A stretch of 64,000 nt of DNA from Malacoraja senta (GCA_038087875.1 CM075988.1:25112001-25176000), one strand, 5' to 3'. Positions 1 through 12,133 are shown, counted from the first letter of the stretch. The notes: generated by a model not told the origin, from the sequence alone. A program made the numbers and translations.

Positions 1-117
1 CGGGCGTGCTTTGTACCTTTGTCCGCGCCATAGGTGGCTGCTGTTTGTATACATTGTGTATGCAAGCAAAGAATCTCACTGTGCCTAGTCACATGGGACA
101 ATAAAGTATTCCTATTC
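1..117 (+). mobile_element. LINE 3' tail (Rex1/Babar-type), cut by window edge
   Basis: gaatctcactgtg...gacaataaa followed by a short repeat; same tail motif as other Rex1-like ends in the window. Confidence 0.5.
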
Positions 118-711
118 AACAGCAAAACTGTTTCACGTTTTGTTTCTGAACACTCAGTATCCAACTTTGTTTGGTAACACTCCTGTGTATGTCTTGGAAT
201 GTTTAACTGGGTTAAACAATGGTATATTAATGTGAGTTGTAGCTGTTGGCTGCTGGAGGGGCTGCGACTGGAATAGAATGTACATTGATTGTGCCAGAAG
301 GTTTTGCTTGGTCAGAGATTCCAGAGAGTGCAGATAAACACGGCCAATTTGCAAAGCTTTGTCCCGCATTCAATCAGCAATTCGATCAAATCAAAAACCA
401 ACAGAAAGCACTTAACTACAAACATATTACATAAAATAGATTCAGGCTCCAATGCAGCAACATTGGACTTTTGGCTTTTAATTTGCAATTGCATACCTTT
501 TACTCGCCGTTTTCTCCATTTATCTCCAGAAAAAGGACAAACTGTCGGGTGGGGAGTGGAGAGAAAAGGGAGGTGGCAGAATTTTAAAACTTGCATGTAA
601 CTAACGATGTTAATATTGTAAAATGTCCCAAGGTGCGATGAATTTTTATCTTCTCATGGGACGTGGATATCGCAGACAAGGTTAAGGTTAAAAGTCTTTC
701 CGTAACTTCTT

Positions 712-1027
712 TGGGCAGGCATGGTGGTGCAAGATTTGGAACAATGCAATTGTAGTGGTAGAGTTGCTGCCTCACAGCTCCACAGACCCAGGTTCGATCC
801 TGACTACAGGTGTTGTCTGTGCAGAGTTTGTACGTTCTCTCTGTGACCATGTGAATTATCTCTGGGTGCTCCGGTTTCCTCCCACATTCCTGTCGTATAG
901 GTTTGTAGGTTCTGTAAATAGCCCCTAGTGCATAAGATGCAAAAGTAGGAACATATAGAACTAGTCTATGGGGTGATCGATGGGCCAAAGGGCCTGTTTC
1001 CATGCTGTATCTCTAAACTAAGCTAAA
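712..1027 (+). mobile_element. HE1-type tRNA-derived V-SINE
   Basis: B box GGTTCGATCC, V-domain GGTTTCCTCCCACA, CR1-like tail gggcctgtttcc...tctctaaactaa. Confidence 0.85.
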
Positions 1028-1073
1028 CAAATTGCCCGTCGGATGGCTGTGTAACATCCTGGAGAGTTCCGAG

Positions 1074-1550
1074 TTGTTGTGGTTCTTCTTGGTTCTTGGT
1101 TTCTTGGTCCTCCAAAATATTCCAAATGGAATTTAAACTGGAGGTGGTGGAGGGAGGACTTAAGCCAGAAAGGGTTTTTGGGAAGAAAGAGCTACCTTAA
1201 ATTTAGTTGCATCTGGTTGGGTAACTATGGTCGGGTGAAGATTATTCCATGCTTTAATTGTGCGGGGGAAGAATGAATTGCTGTACACATCTGTCTTGGT
1301 AGCTGGAATCTCAAATTGGATCGAATGTCCTCGTCTGCTCCTAATTGGTTTGGGTTTGGTGTAGGTCTTGTAATCTATGTTGAGCTGACCATTTAACATT
1401 TTGTAAAAACAGGTCAAACGGTGAGCTTCACGTCTGTCTTGGAGAGGGTTCCACCCCAGAGAATTCAGAAGTTTGGTAACACTCGCTTCTCTCTCATAGG
1501 TGTTAGTAACAAATCGAGCTGCCTGTCTTTGGACACGTTCGATGGAAGAA
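1074..1550 (-). mobile_element. CR1-group LINE ORF2 3' end, distinct from the dominant HER1-like family
   Basis: Open frame IERVQRQAARFV...LGWNPLQDRR...YSNSFFPRTIKAWNNL to stop at 1160; 3' hairpin; (CCAAGAA)n tail. Confidence 0.85.
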
Positions 1551-1885
1551 AGGATTGCAACAAAACAGCGCAGCTTTGAAATACTGGGTGGCTGGGCAAA
1601 CCCAGATACCAATCAAGATTCTGCCACATTGCAGTTGGTCAAGAATCATGCAGACTGGACAAGGATCACATCTTCCCTTCAACCAAGAGCATTAATGACA
1701 AAGATGATTTTTTTAATGAAAATCCTGGTGGTTTTCTGTTCATCATAACAGAAGATTGTTTCTATCTCTTTATCCAGGTTGCTTGTATCCAATATGCTGG
1801 ATTTAGATTTCCCGACAAAGGTACAAAGTGCAGTGGGTGCAGATTGCAAGGGAGTACAGAGCAGAGGAGAGTGCAGATTTTGTTT

Positions 1886-2066
1886 TAGAGAGAAGGAATG
1901 GGTGATGGTTCGGGTCGAGACCCTTCTTCAGACTCTGCGTCTCAAGAAGGGTCTCAAACGAAACGTCACCCATTCCTTCTCTCCAGAGATGCTGCCTGTC
2001 CTGCTGAGTTACTCCAGCTTTTTGTGTCTATCTTCAGTTTAAACCAGCATCTGCAGTTCCTTCCTG
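1886..2066. mobile_element. Palindromic PLE 3' unit (degenerate hammerhead motifs)
   Basis: Inverted arms meeting at the HHR; flanking direct repeat tgcagatttt. Confidence 0.75.
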
Positions 2067-2080
2067 CAGATTTTTTAAAG

Positions 2081-2390
2081 TTTAATTTAGAGATACAGTG
2101 CAGAAATACTGTATGTCCTTCAGCCCACTGAGCCCATGCCGACAGGCGATTGCCGCACACTAAAACTCTGCTACACGCACTAGGGACAATTTTTACAATT
2201 ATACTAAGCAAATTAGCCTACACACCTGTACGTCTTTGGAGTGTGGGAGGAAACCGGAGCACCCGGAGAAAACCCACGCAGGTCACGGGGAGAACGTGCA
2301 AACTCCGTACAGACAGCACCTGTAGTCAGGTTCAAACCCAGGTCTCTGGCGCTATGAGGCAGCAACTCTACCGCTGTGCCACCATGCTGC
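2081..2390 (-). mobile_element. HE1-type SINE
   Basis: Full-length reverse copy with tRNA head, V-domain and tail. Confidence 0.9.
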
Positions 2391-2682
2391 TTGAGATCTG
2401 AGGGGATTATGCCACAGATGATTGCAACTTCTGATTCATTGAGTTATAATCCATTTGTGCGTATCAATGTGCATCTCAAGATATTCTTCTGGAACAGAAA
2501 ATGGTTGCAGGATGATTAGGAAATGTTTTCTGCTAACGCAGGATCTTGCATTTCAGTGTTATGTTTGAGGCTAGAATGTTGTGCAATGGGACTAAATGGA
2601 ATGTGACCGACTAGATCGAATTACTGGACTTGATGTACCTTGAACAGTATACTACTGAATGACTGTAAATCAGGACTTCTTC

Positions 2683-3120
2683 TTACATTACATGGTCAGT
2701 AGGTGTCTTATAGAAAACTTCTTGTCCAACTGATGTGAGGCCCTGTTTCAGGTGCTTGTCCAAGCCTTCATGCATATCAAATTGTAGGCTGTTCCTGTGC
2801 TGCACAGCTCGAAAAACTGACCTTGGATGCCTTCTGTCCAAAGTATATTCTGTCAGAGTAAGTTCACCACTTACATGCCCCTTTTGCGGTGGTAGGTCAC
2901 TAATATCTACTGTCCCCTTTGTAACGTATCCTGTCTCCCTGGTCCAGTTCACCAGAAGGTGATGCACACTGTCCTCTTTTATAAGACAGGTTATGTGCAG
3001 CCCCTGGATAAGCCAACATTTTTGCATCCATGCCTCAACTGCAGACCTCTCATTTGTCACCAATGCTTTGTTTGAAAAGGCGGAAGTTCCATATGATTGT
3101 GACCTGATGTGTCCAATAAT
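2683..3120 (-). CDS. Candidate coding exon of an unidentified gene (145 codons, IIGHIRSQ...KTPTDHVM*)
   Basis: No recognisable repeat; stop-free frame begins immediately after an AG and ends at TAA overlapping a GTAAG donor; protein-like composition; acceptor pyrimidine tract weak. Confidence 0.4.
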   Translation of the reverse strand: MIGHIRSQSYGTSAFSNKALVTNERSAVEAWMQKCWLIQGLHITCLIKEDSVHHLLVNWTRETGYVTKGTVDISDLPPQKGHVSGELTLTEYTLDRRHPRSVFRAVQHRNSLQFDMHEGLDKHLKQGLTSVGQEVFYKTPTDHVM

Positions 3121-3194
3121 CTACAATTACCCTCATTTCAAGCAAACTTCAAATAACAAATATTGTTAAAGAGGCAGATAATTCTGTTTCCCAT

Positions 3195-3407
3195 TCATCG
3201 CCACAGGAGGCTGTGGAGGCCAAGTCATTGGATATTTTTATGGCCGAGATAGATAGATTCTTGATTAGTACGGGTGTCAGGGGTTATGGGGAGAAAGCAG
3301 GAGAATGGGGTTAGCAGGGAGAGATAGATCAGCCACGATTGAATGGCGGAGTAGACTTGATGGGCTGAATGGCCTAATTCTGCTCCTATCACTTATGAAC
3401 ATGAACT
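3195..3407 (+). mobile_element. CR1/HER1 LINE 3' end
   Basis: gctgtggaggccaagtc...gatcagccacgattgaatggcgg...gaatggcct tail. Confidence 0.85.
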
Positions 3408-4098
3408 TAACAACTCAATAAGGGTTTGAAACCAAACTTTGAGGAGAGGGTCCCGTGAGAACATGCAGTGCCCTATAAGACAGGCATGCAATGATGGGGG
3501 ATAATCATCCCTGAAATTGTACCTCAGCAAAAGAGGCAAGATGAGAAAAAACTATTTGGAGGAATGATTGCGCTTAGAACATTTGAAACGGAGGTTGGCT
3601 ACTTAAAGGTTAATGCACAGACTGTGGCCACTTACCCTAAGTGGGTCCTTAAGTCTCAGAATGCCACACAGATGGGAATTGTTCAGCGGACAAAGACGAA
3701 ATAAGATAGCACAAGTTGAAACAAAGCTTAATGCCGTTCGGAAAGCATATTCTCCAAGCCAAAATGCTGGTTTTGAACGATGAAAGGCTTGCATGCTGAT
3801 GATATTAAGCCAACAGGTCACCAGGGAATCTTCTCCTCCTGCAGGTTTCAGTATGTCAGTAGTAATCACCAGCCACAATAAACTGTGTGGAAAATAGACC
3901 TGTTCTTGGGAATAGAATTCTAAATTCAATGGGGGGGGAGGGAGGAAGGGAGATGGGAATCCCGATACCTTTAGTTATTCACATTCTCAAACAAAACATG
4001 CATTTATCTGAAAATGCCCTGTAATTTACACGGTTTTACTCACCCGACCCACGCGTCTTGTTTCTCATTTAGATATCACTTCCTCGCCTTTGCCCATC

Positions 4099-4390
4099 TT
4101 AGTTTACTTTGGAGATACAGCGTGGAAACAGGCCTTTTTGCCTACCGAGTCCGCGCCGACCAGCAATCACCCGTACAATCGTTTTATACAACAAACTAGG
4201 GATCATTTACAGGGCCAGACACCTGGGTTCGATCCTGACTACGGGTGCTGCCTGTACGGATGTTGTACATTCTGCCTGTGACCGCGTGGGTTTTCTCCAG
4301 GTGCTCTGGTTTCCTCCCACACTCCAAAGACGTGCATGTTTGTCGATCAATTGGCTACAGTAAATTATCCCTACCACTGCGCCACCATTG
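4099..4390. mobile_element. HE1 SINE with internal inversion
   Basis: Tail and head on minus strand; middle ~4211-4366 on plus strand. Confidence 0.8.
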
Positions 4391-4417
4391 TCTCCCCTTG
4401 TACGGTGACCAGTGTCG

Positions 4418-4624
4418 TTTAAGAAAGAAATGCAGATGCAGGAAAAATCGAAGGAAGACAAAAATGGTGGAGAAACTCGGCGGGTGAGGCAGCATCTATG
4501 GAGCGAAGGAATAGGTGACGTTTCGGGTCGAGACCCAAGGGTCTCGACGGGAAACGTCACCTATTCCTTTGCTCCATAGATGCTGCCTCACCCGCCGAGT
4601 TTCTCCAGCACTTTTGTCTACCTA
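4418..4624. mobile_element. Palindromic PLE 3' unit
   Basis: Long inverted arms centred on gagaccc-aa-gggtctc; 13-bp TSD tgtacggtgacca (4399-4411 / 4625-4637). Confidence 0.85.
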
Positions 4625-5564
4625 TGTACGGTGACCAAGTCTTTCTCACTTTAGTTATCAAATGAGCCCTCTATTATACATCAGGCTTGTATAAGAGAAA
4701 ATTGGGAGAGGCTCATTATGACCTGGTGATGGGATATCGAAGGTTATTTGAATTTTCCCTTTAAATAATCTATTTGACCATTTTCCCGGTTGTGTTATTT
4801 CAGCCGGTCAACCAACCCACTCTAAGCTTTCAGTTTTGCAATGTATTCAAGTTGACAGTTTATCTGGAGCATTTTGCACACAGTAATCTCAATGAATAAT
4901 CAACTAAAATCAACTAGATTTACAATGAGATATTTGCAAATTAATCCATAAATCAACTTTACAATGCTTAGTTTGTTTCATATAATTTAATTAAGAAAGT
5001 AAGATATTAATCTGCAAAGCAGCCCCAAAATTAATTCACTAATCGATACACAAAGATATCCATGTCCAAATGAATGCGTGAAAGAATATATTATCATGAA
5101 AAGAAAATGAATTGCATTTTCCAATTTAATCACAATTAGCATTGAATTTGTAATATGATAAATTGCACCAGGGCACTTCACAAGCAACACATGGAGCAGT
5201 ACAGCACAGGTACAGGCCCTTCGGCCCACAAAATCCGTGCTGAACAGAATGCAAAATTAAGCTAATCTCGTCTGCCTGCATATGATCCCTATCCGTCAAT
5301 TCCCTGCATATCATTGTGCATGACTATAAAATAAAATTAACATCAAATATCTTAAGGGTTTAGACCGAGTACAAAACAGGTAGAATTTAAGATGCACTTT
5401 AAAATCATCGATGCACAGAAATGAGGATTGGAGAAATATACAAATCTCTGAGGCTAAAATGTATAGAGATGATGATTTGAGTTGATTATTACAAATGCAG
5501 GCTGTAAATAATCCATGAATGAAATCACAAATATCATAGAGACATGTAGCAGAGAAAACAGAGC

Positions 5565-5785
5565 AAAGATAGACACAAAAAGCTGGAGTAACTCAGTGCA
5601 TCAAGCAGCATCTCTGAAGAAAAGGAAAAGGTGATGTTTCAGGTCGAGACCTTTCTTCACCCAAAATTCGACCCGAAACGTCACTCATTCCCTTTTCTCC
5701 AGAGATGCTGCCGTACCCGCTGAGTTACTCCAGCATTTTGTGTCTTATCTTCGGCGTAAACCAGCATCTGCAGTTCCTTCCTGCA
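5565..5785. mobile_element. Palindromic PLE 3' unit
   Basis: Inverted arms; 12-bp TSD cagagaaaacag (5550-5561 / 5786-5797). Confidence 0.8.
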
Positions 5786-5789
5786 CAGA

Positions 5790-6125
5790 GAAAACAGGCC
5801 ATTGCCCCACCGTGACCCTGCCAAACCCCAAACACATGCACTAATCCTGATTCCATTTTTATTTTATATACATTCCCGTCAGCAATCCCACTGACTGCCT
5901 ACAGATTCTCTCACTACCATTACACTCAGCCACACACATAGACGGTTTACCAGAGGCCAATTAATCGACCAACATAGGCATCTTTGGGATGGAACACACG
6001 GAGGGGACCCACACCGTCTCAGAGAGAACATGCAAACTCCACAAAAACAGCACTAGAGGTCAGGACTGAAGCCTGGTTGCTAGGTTATGAGGCAACATCC
6101 CTACCGGTAGTTCCACTCTGCCATC
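5790..6125 (-). mobile_element. Degenerate HE1-like SINE
   Basis: gagaacatgcaaactccaca...gaggcaacatccctaccg motif order. Confidence 0.65.
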
Positions 6126-6229
6126 CCAAATCCTTTCTATCTTTAAATATATTAATTATTATTTAGCATCAGAATTGAGAGAACCTTAAGACTTAGATCC
6201 TTCTAAGTGGATCCCGCCAGTGGTGGAGC

Positions 6230-6600
6230 TCCATCCAGCGTGGCCTGTCGGCTTCGGAAGCCGCGGTCTCTGGTAAGGAAGCGGCCGTTCCAGGTTTCCC
6301 AAGCCGCTGAGAGGATTCTCCCGACGCCGGAGCACCAACATCCAGCGAGAAGGGCCTGGAACATTGGGCCTCCGTAAAGGCGACTGCGGAGGCCTCAATA
6401 GGCCCGAATATGGGTGGACATGGGGATGGGGACTGGACTTTGCGCCTTCCCTCATAATGGGAACCATTGTGGGGAGATGTTTTTATGTTTAAATTTCTTT
6501 ATTATTGTTATGTCGTATTCTTTTTTATGTGCTGCAATGGCAATACGCATTTCACTACACCAATTGGTGTTTGTGACTAATAAAGAACCTTTGAACCTTT
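6230..6600 (+). mobile_element. CpG-rich retroelement 3' region with Rex1-type tail
   Basis: GC-rich hairpins (ggcttcggaagcc; ggcctccg..cggaggcc); tail catttcactacacc...gtgactaataaa(gaaccttt)2. Confidence 0.55.
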
Positions 6601-6604
6601 CTTG

Positions 6605-6945
6605 TAACCTTCATGTTCATAGGTTCTAGCAGCAGAATACGGTAATTCAGCCCATCAATTCTACTCTGCCATTCCATCATGGCTGATCCATCCTTTTTGC
6701 CTCTCAACCCCATTTTCCTGCCTTTGACACCCGTACCAATCAAGAATTTGTCAATCTCTGCCTTAAAAATATCCATTGACTTGGCCCTCTGTCAAAAGGA
6801 ATTCCTTCTCATGTCCTTTCTAAAGGTACGTCCTTTTATTCTGAGGCTGTGCCCTCTGGTCCTGGACTCTCCCGCAAGTGGAAACATCCTCTCCACATCC
6901 ACTCTATCCAGGCCTTTCACTATTCGGTAAGTTTTAATGAGGTCC
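6605..6945 (-). mobile_element. CR1 LINE 3' fragment
   Basis: Reverse of TRGHSLRIKGRTFRK...DIFKAEIDKFL plus 3' UTR. Confidence 0.85.
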
Positions 6946-7092
6946 CTCTCATCGCATTGCGGTTACAGACCAGTTTGTTTAATCAATATCCCTCTACTTT
7001 CTGCACTATTTTAGGTCAGTTCACCTCCAGACGAATGTTCCACATGAACATAAGTTCTTAAAATAAAAATGCCCGACTTCTCTGAATACTTT

Positions 7093-7262
7093 CTCTGGAT
7101 ACTTTCAAGAGAGAGCTAGATAGGGCTCTTAAAGGTAGCGGAGTCAGGGGATATGGGGAGAAGGCAGGAACGGGGTACTGATTGGGGATGATCAGCCATG
7201 ATCACATTGAAGGGGCGAATGGCCTACTCCTGCACCTATTGTCTATTGTCTATTGTCTATTG
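7093..7262 (+). mobile_element. CR1/HER1 3' end
   Basis: ttcaagagagagctagatagggct...(tattgtc)n tail. Confidence 0.85.
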
Positions 7263-7321
7263 ACTTTAAAGCTATAATAGTGCTGCCTTTTTAAGGAAGT
7301 CATATATTTGAGATATGCCTA

Positions 7322-7453
7322 AGAAGGATCTGCAGATGCTGCTTTATATTGAAGGAGTCTGATGAAGGGTCTCGACCCAAAACGTCACCTATTACTTTTC
7401 TCCAGAGATGCTGCCCGACCCACTGAGTTGCTCCAGTTTTTATGTATCTATCT
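7322..7453. mobile_element. PLE 3' unit with mutated HHR
   Basis: gtctgatgaagggtctcgacccaaaacgtc (G12 lost) plus short inverted 5' piece. Confidence 0.75.
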
Positions 7454-7760
7454 TTGAAATACTTGTCCAACCTTCTGAAGGTACAATACCTTAAACTTTT
7501 AGATCTGTCTTTCTGCAGGTGAAAAGTACTTATCCGAGGCTGCCTTTGAGCTCATCTACTATATACAGAATCTCATGTTTTTGCTATATCACACTAGAAT
7601 GCCATAATCAATATATTTTTTTTAAAGAAAAAGATCTCTTGAATTTTGATTGGAGTGAAGCTCCTGGCCTTCTTTCAATCCTTAGATGATTGTCCATTTC
7701 AACAGTAACGTTGCTTGACCTTCGCTATTGTTTAATTTAGAAATAATGTACACATTGAGT

Positions 7761-8062
7761 GTCACGGTGGCGCAGCGGTAGAGTTGCTGCCTCACAGCGC
7801 CAGAGACCCGGGTTCGATCCTGACCACGGGTGCTTGTCTGTACGGAGTTTTACGCTCTCCCCGTGACCTGCCTGGGTTTTCTCCGAGATCTTCGGTTTCC
7901 TCCCACACTCCAAAGACGTACAGGTTTGTAGGTTAATTGACTTGGCAAAAAATGGAAGTTGTCCCTAGTGTGTGTTGGGTAGTGTTAATGTGCGGGGATC
8001 GCTGGTCGGTGCGACTCGGTGGGCCGAAGGGCCTGCATCCGCGCTGTATCTCTAAACTAAAC
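7761..8062 (+). mobile_element. HE1-type SINE, full length
   Basis: A box TGGCGCAGCGG, B box GGTTCGATCC, V-domain, (ctaaa)n tail. Confidence 0.92.
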
Positions 8063-9419
8063 GTAACGAATCCTTCCATTCCCCCTTATCATCAGCCTTT
8101 CTCTGTCTTTGAACTTCCACTCGGAATTGCTCCATTTGATTATTTGTGCAAGCGTAATGTGGAAAGAATTCCTGAGTGCAGCTTTGAAACAAGAATTCAC
8201 TTGACCAGGGTTCCAATGCAGGGTCTTAATATTTCCAGGTAGGTTGGAGAGAGGGGGAGGGAGAGGAGAACATCTTGGGTGGAGAACCCACATTTGTGGT
8301 CTTTTTCATGCTGGGACCTCTTTATTGTTTCGATGACCTGATTGTCACCTGGCTGATGGTCAGATTGATGGATCAATCTTGATTGAAGTCCTTGATTCCC
8401 AGACCATCAGACCACCAATTACAGAGTTGGTGCAGAGCTCATCAGTTGGAAGAAAATTGAGACGCTGAGCTTGGAGGAGCGGTGTTAGAATCCGCTGATT
8501 GAAACAAAGAGTTTGGCTGGAAGAATGAGGAGTGAGGCATGCAGGAAATACTCCTGCTCCTTCTGGTTCTCACGTATTTCTGTAAAGTAGCCTGGGAATT
8601 CTGCAAGAAACGAGCGAAGGAAGTGTCTAATTATCAGAACCATTAGGGGACTTCAAAACCTCTACGCTTAAAACGAAAAGAGGCAGGTATGGTTGGATTT
8701 GGTAAATTTGCCACTTCCTCCATTCACCCGCCCTCCCACAGAGATATCCCAACCCAATCTCAGCTGTTATGGGATTTGAAAGGTTAAATTCTCCACACCC
8801 CATTGCCTCCATGTTGGAAAGTAAGACACCTGCCATAAATTGCCTTTGCATTGTGAGGCTTTGCGTCTGGAAGCTATTGCACAAATTGTAGCTTCTGTTT
8901 CAGAATACTGATGACTATTATTATCCTCTTGATCCAGTACATGAGAGAGGGAGAAGCATTCCTACACTCGGGTCCAAACCACAAATATTTCAGCTGTGAG
9001 GAAATGAGCTCCATATTTCTTATCCATTGTAGTTCAGGTCTAATTCACCCCGGTGTTATCAGGTATTCACTCAATGGGTCTCTGCAAGTTCTTTCAACTA
9101 GTCCCATTCCAGATTTTATGACGTCCAAGCCAGCCGATGAAGCAGTCCAGGCGAATACCCTGGTTGACCCAGGCAACGAAGGCATGGACATCATTGAGAT
9201 CAAAGTCAACATTTTCCTTGATTGAAACTTCAATTTCCCCCATCGTTAAAATTCATGGTCTGAGGATAATGTGTTCTTGTAGCAGTGAGGTGCTGGTCTT
9301 TGTTAATTGGGTGGGATACAAGTGATCAACACCCAGGTGGGCTTAGGGAACACAATGGGACTCTCACTCCTGACGTTCAAGCTTGGTTTTTTTGTTGTAT
9401 TTTGTTGTTGTTGTAATTA

Positions 9420-9646
9420 TCATGCAAACTCCACAAAGACAGCAGCCGAGATCGGGACTGAACCCCAGGTCACTGGAGCTGCGAGGCAGCAGGTTAGTTC
9501 AGTTTAGTGACACAGCGTGGAAACAGGCCCTTCAGCACACCGAGTCCACGCGATCACCCCCGTACACCAACACTATCCCACACACACACAAGGAACAATC
9601 TACAATTCACAAAAGTCAATTAAACTACAAACCTGTACGTCTTTGG
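9420..9646 (-). mobile_element. Two HE1 fragments in permuted order
   Basis: Head fragment followed by tail fragment; region flanked by repeated cgttcaagcttg. Confidence 0.7.
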
Positions 9647-10437
9647 CCGTTCAAGCTTGCTCTGTATGTGAGGCTACAATAATCAATTAGTGCAATGCCG
9701 TAAACTTGGTTACTTCACCAAGAGGAGGGTTGCACACAAAGAAGCTAAACCCTCATGACTTTGAAGCCAAGGTGAACAATGGCATTATTTATGCCAATGG
9801 GTGATAGCAGAATAACCTCGAGACAAAAGTACAGATAAACGGTTGGTGTATCAACTGAGTATTGGCATAACAGCAGGTTGCTCAATTATCAGAAAGGGTG
9901 CATTTCAAAGTAAGTTCAGTGATGTAACTCACACAAAGTACTTGATGAATTTGATAACGTTGGCATTGTATCAAAACTTTAGATCAGATGGAATGATCTG
10001 TTTGTCTCAATGATGAGTAAATCCATTTTAGACATACTATTGGGAAAGTATAGATAAGTGTCCAACGATACCTACATGGGACCATTGTGTGTGTCCACAT
10101 CCAGCCACATGCAAAACCAGTCTACTGTAAGCCTCGTCTGTCTACATATGCTGAAAGACAGGATGGAGGAAGGGATACATAAGTTAAAATGGATAGGAAT
10201 TCTAGTAAAACCAAGCACCCGACTTACTAGATAAACTAACTGCAATTGTGCCGAAAGAAGTTTGACAATCAGGTGATTGCAAGTTAGCGCTGAATGAAGC
10301 GGTTGGAGATGAGTAAGACCGATTGCACAACTCACCTTCCAAACTTCTCCAAACTCATGTGCGCACGCCCAGCCAACAGAAGCCATCAATATATAATGAT
10401 CAATACACATTGGGGTCTTTAATCCTACACGGTGGCT

Positions 10438-11265
10438 GGGTGGCATGGTGGTGCCTTACAACGGTAGAGTTGCTGCCTTATAGCGAATGCAGCGCCGGAG
10501 ATCAGGGTTCGATCCTGACTACCGGTAAAAAAAAGTAAAAGTCAACTTTATTATCAATTCAAATAATGCAACAAGTACTTACACAGAGGATTGACATTGC
10601 CTTTCCCCATACTCCAATGTAAAAGTCATACTTATAACACAGACAGACAATATACCAATAAAGATAGACAATGGACATATACATTATATAAGATATTCAC
10701 AGTGTGCCAGAGTGTAGTAAAATTTTGAGGTATGTTATTAAGGTGCAATAATAAAAGGTGCAATATAGAAAAGTGCAAATAGCATACTGCAGACATTGAG
10801 TTAAAGTTAATTTGACAGTCAGTTGGTCTTTGTGTAATGTTCATGGAATTTTCTTGAGTGTGTTGAGTAGTCTGATGGCCTGAGGGAAAAAGCTGTTTTT
10901 GAATCTGGTGGTTTTGCTCCGCATGCTGCGGTAGCGCTTGCCGGATGGTAGGAGGGTGAACAGTTTGTGTGCTGGGGTGATCTAGTGATCTTCTCCGCTG
11001 TCCTCACCACTCTCTGTAGGTGCTGTCTGTACGGAGTTTGTACCTTCTCCCTGTGACCTGCGTGGGTTTTCTCCGAGATCTTCGGTTTCCTCCCACACTC
11101 CAAAGACATACAGGTTTGTAGGTCAATTGATTTGGTAAATGTTCAAAAAAAATGTCCCTAGTGTGTGTAGGATAGTGTTAATATGTGGGGATCGCTGGTC
11201 GGTGCGGACTTGGTAGGAAGAAGGGCCTGTTTCTGCGCTGTATCTCTATACTAATAAAACAAAAC
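10438..11265 (+). mobile_element. HE1 SINE interrupted by Rex1 insertion
   Basis: Head 10438-10525, remainder resumes ~11018. Confidence 0.85.
10527..11017 (-). mobile_element. Rex1/Babar LINE 3' end
   Basis: Reverse frame LFTLLPSGKRYRSMRSKTTRFKNSFFPQAIRLLN followed by 3' UTR. Confidence 0.8.
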
Positions 11266-11461
11266 TTCTCCTTTGGATGTGATCTTCAAACCAGCCACGG
11301 ACAAAATATTACAAGGTATAGATTATTGTCAATGCAATCAAGATGATGAACTAATGGGCTCAAGTACTGAAGAAAAAACCCTTTGAATATTAATGCTAAT
11401 CTGGCTACACAAATCCTGTGTGAAACTCAGAAGAAAGAAAGTGTGCATTTGCACAGATAGA

Positions 11462-11580
11462 AATGGTCTCAAGTGGGGTCCTGACCCAAATCGCCATGTT
11501 CTCCAGGGATGCTGCCTGACCCGCCGAGTTACTCCAGCACTTTGTGGGGGGGTTTTGGTAAACCAGCATCGGCAGTTCTT
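11462..11580 (+). mobile_element. Degenerate PLE 3' unit
   Basis: gatgctgcctgacccgccgagttactccagcac...aaaccagcatc. Confidence 0.7.
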
Positions 11581-12037
11581 AGTTTCGAGAAGTGGCTTAT
11601 CTTTTGCTAAAGGGAGATGCAGGTGGATTGTAACCAGCCGAAGAACTGGTGGAAGAAATTCCAAAGGCAAAGCAATGAGAAATCTCCACAGAGGCACGGA
11701 ACAATATTAATATAGATTTTTGCCATGTCTTGCATCAACTACAGAAGGAAGGTGAAAAATTGAAAAGGTCGCAGAATAACAAAACACGTATGACTTTTGT
11801 TGGGTGAGTGTGTAAAGCGAGTCTTATTAGTTAATTCACTACCACACAACACTGATGTTGAAACTTGAAAGTGATTTTAAACACAATAGTCAGTCCTGAA
11901 AAAGATAGTGCTCAAGAATATGCAATGCATTTGCACCAAATTTGTTGGTGAAAGGAAATTATTCTCAAACTGAGAAAGAGCCATTAGGGATGGTCTTTAA
12001 TCATCAATTGATTCTTAATTCCAATTGGGAAAACTGT

Positions 12038-12133
12038 GTCTGAAGAAGGGTCTCGACCTGAAGAGTCAGCCATTCCTTCTCTCCACAGATGCTGCCTGTC
12101 CCGCTGAGTTACTCCAGTTTTTTGTGTCTATCT
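12038..12133 (+). mobile_element. PLE 3' unit
   Basis: Starts at gtctgaagaagg; flanking direct repeat ttgggaaaactgt. Confidence 0.8.

Noticed and set aside
7761..7835. tRNA genes at SINE heads
   Set aside because: A/B boxes run straight into the V-domain and CR1 tail; these are SINE heads, not tRNAs
9100..9260. Minus-strand exon TMNFNDGEIEV...
   Set aside because: Protein-like but has an early stop and no convincing in-phase donor
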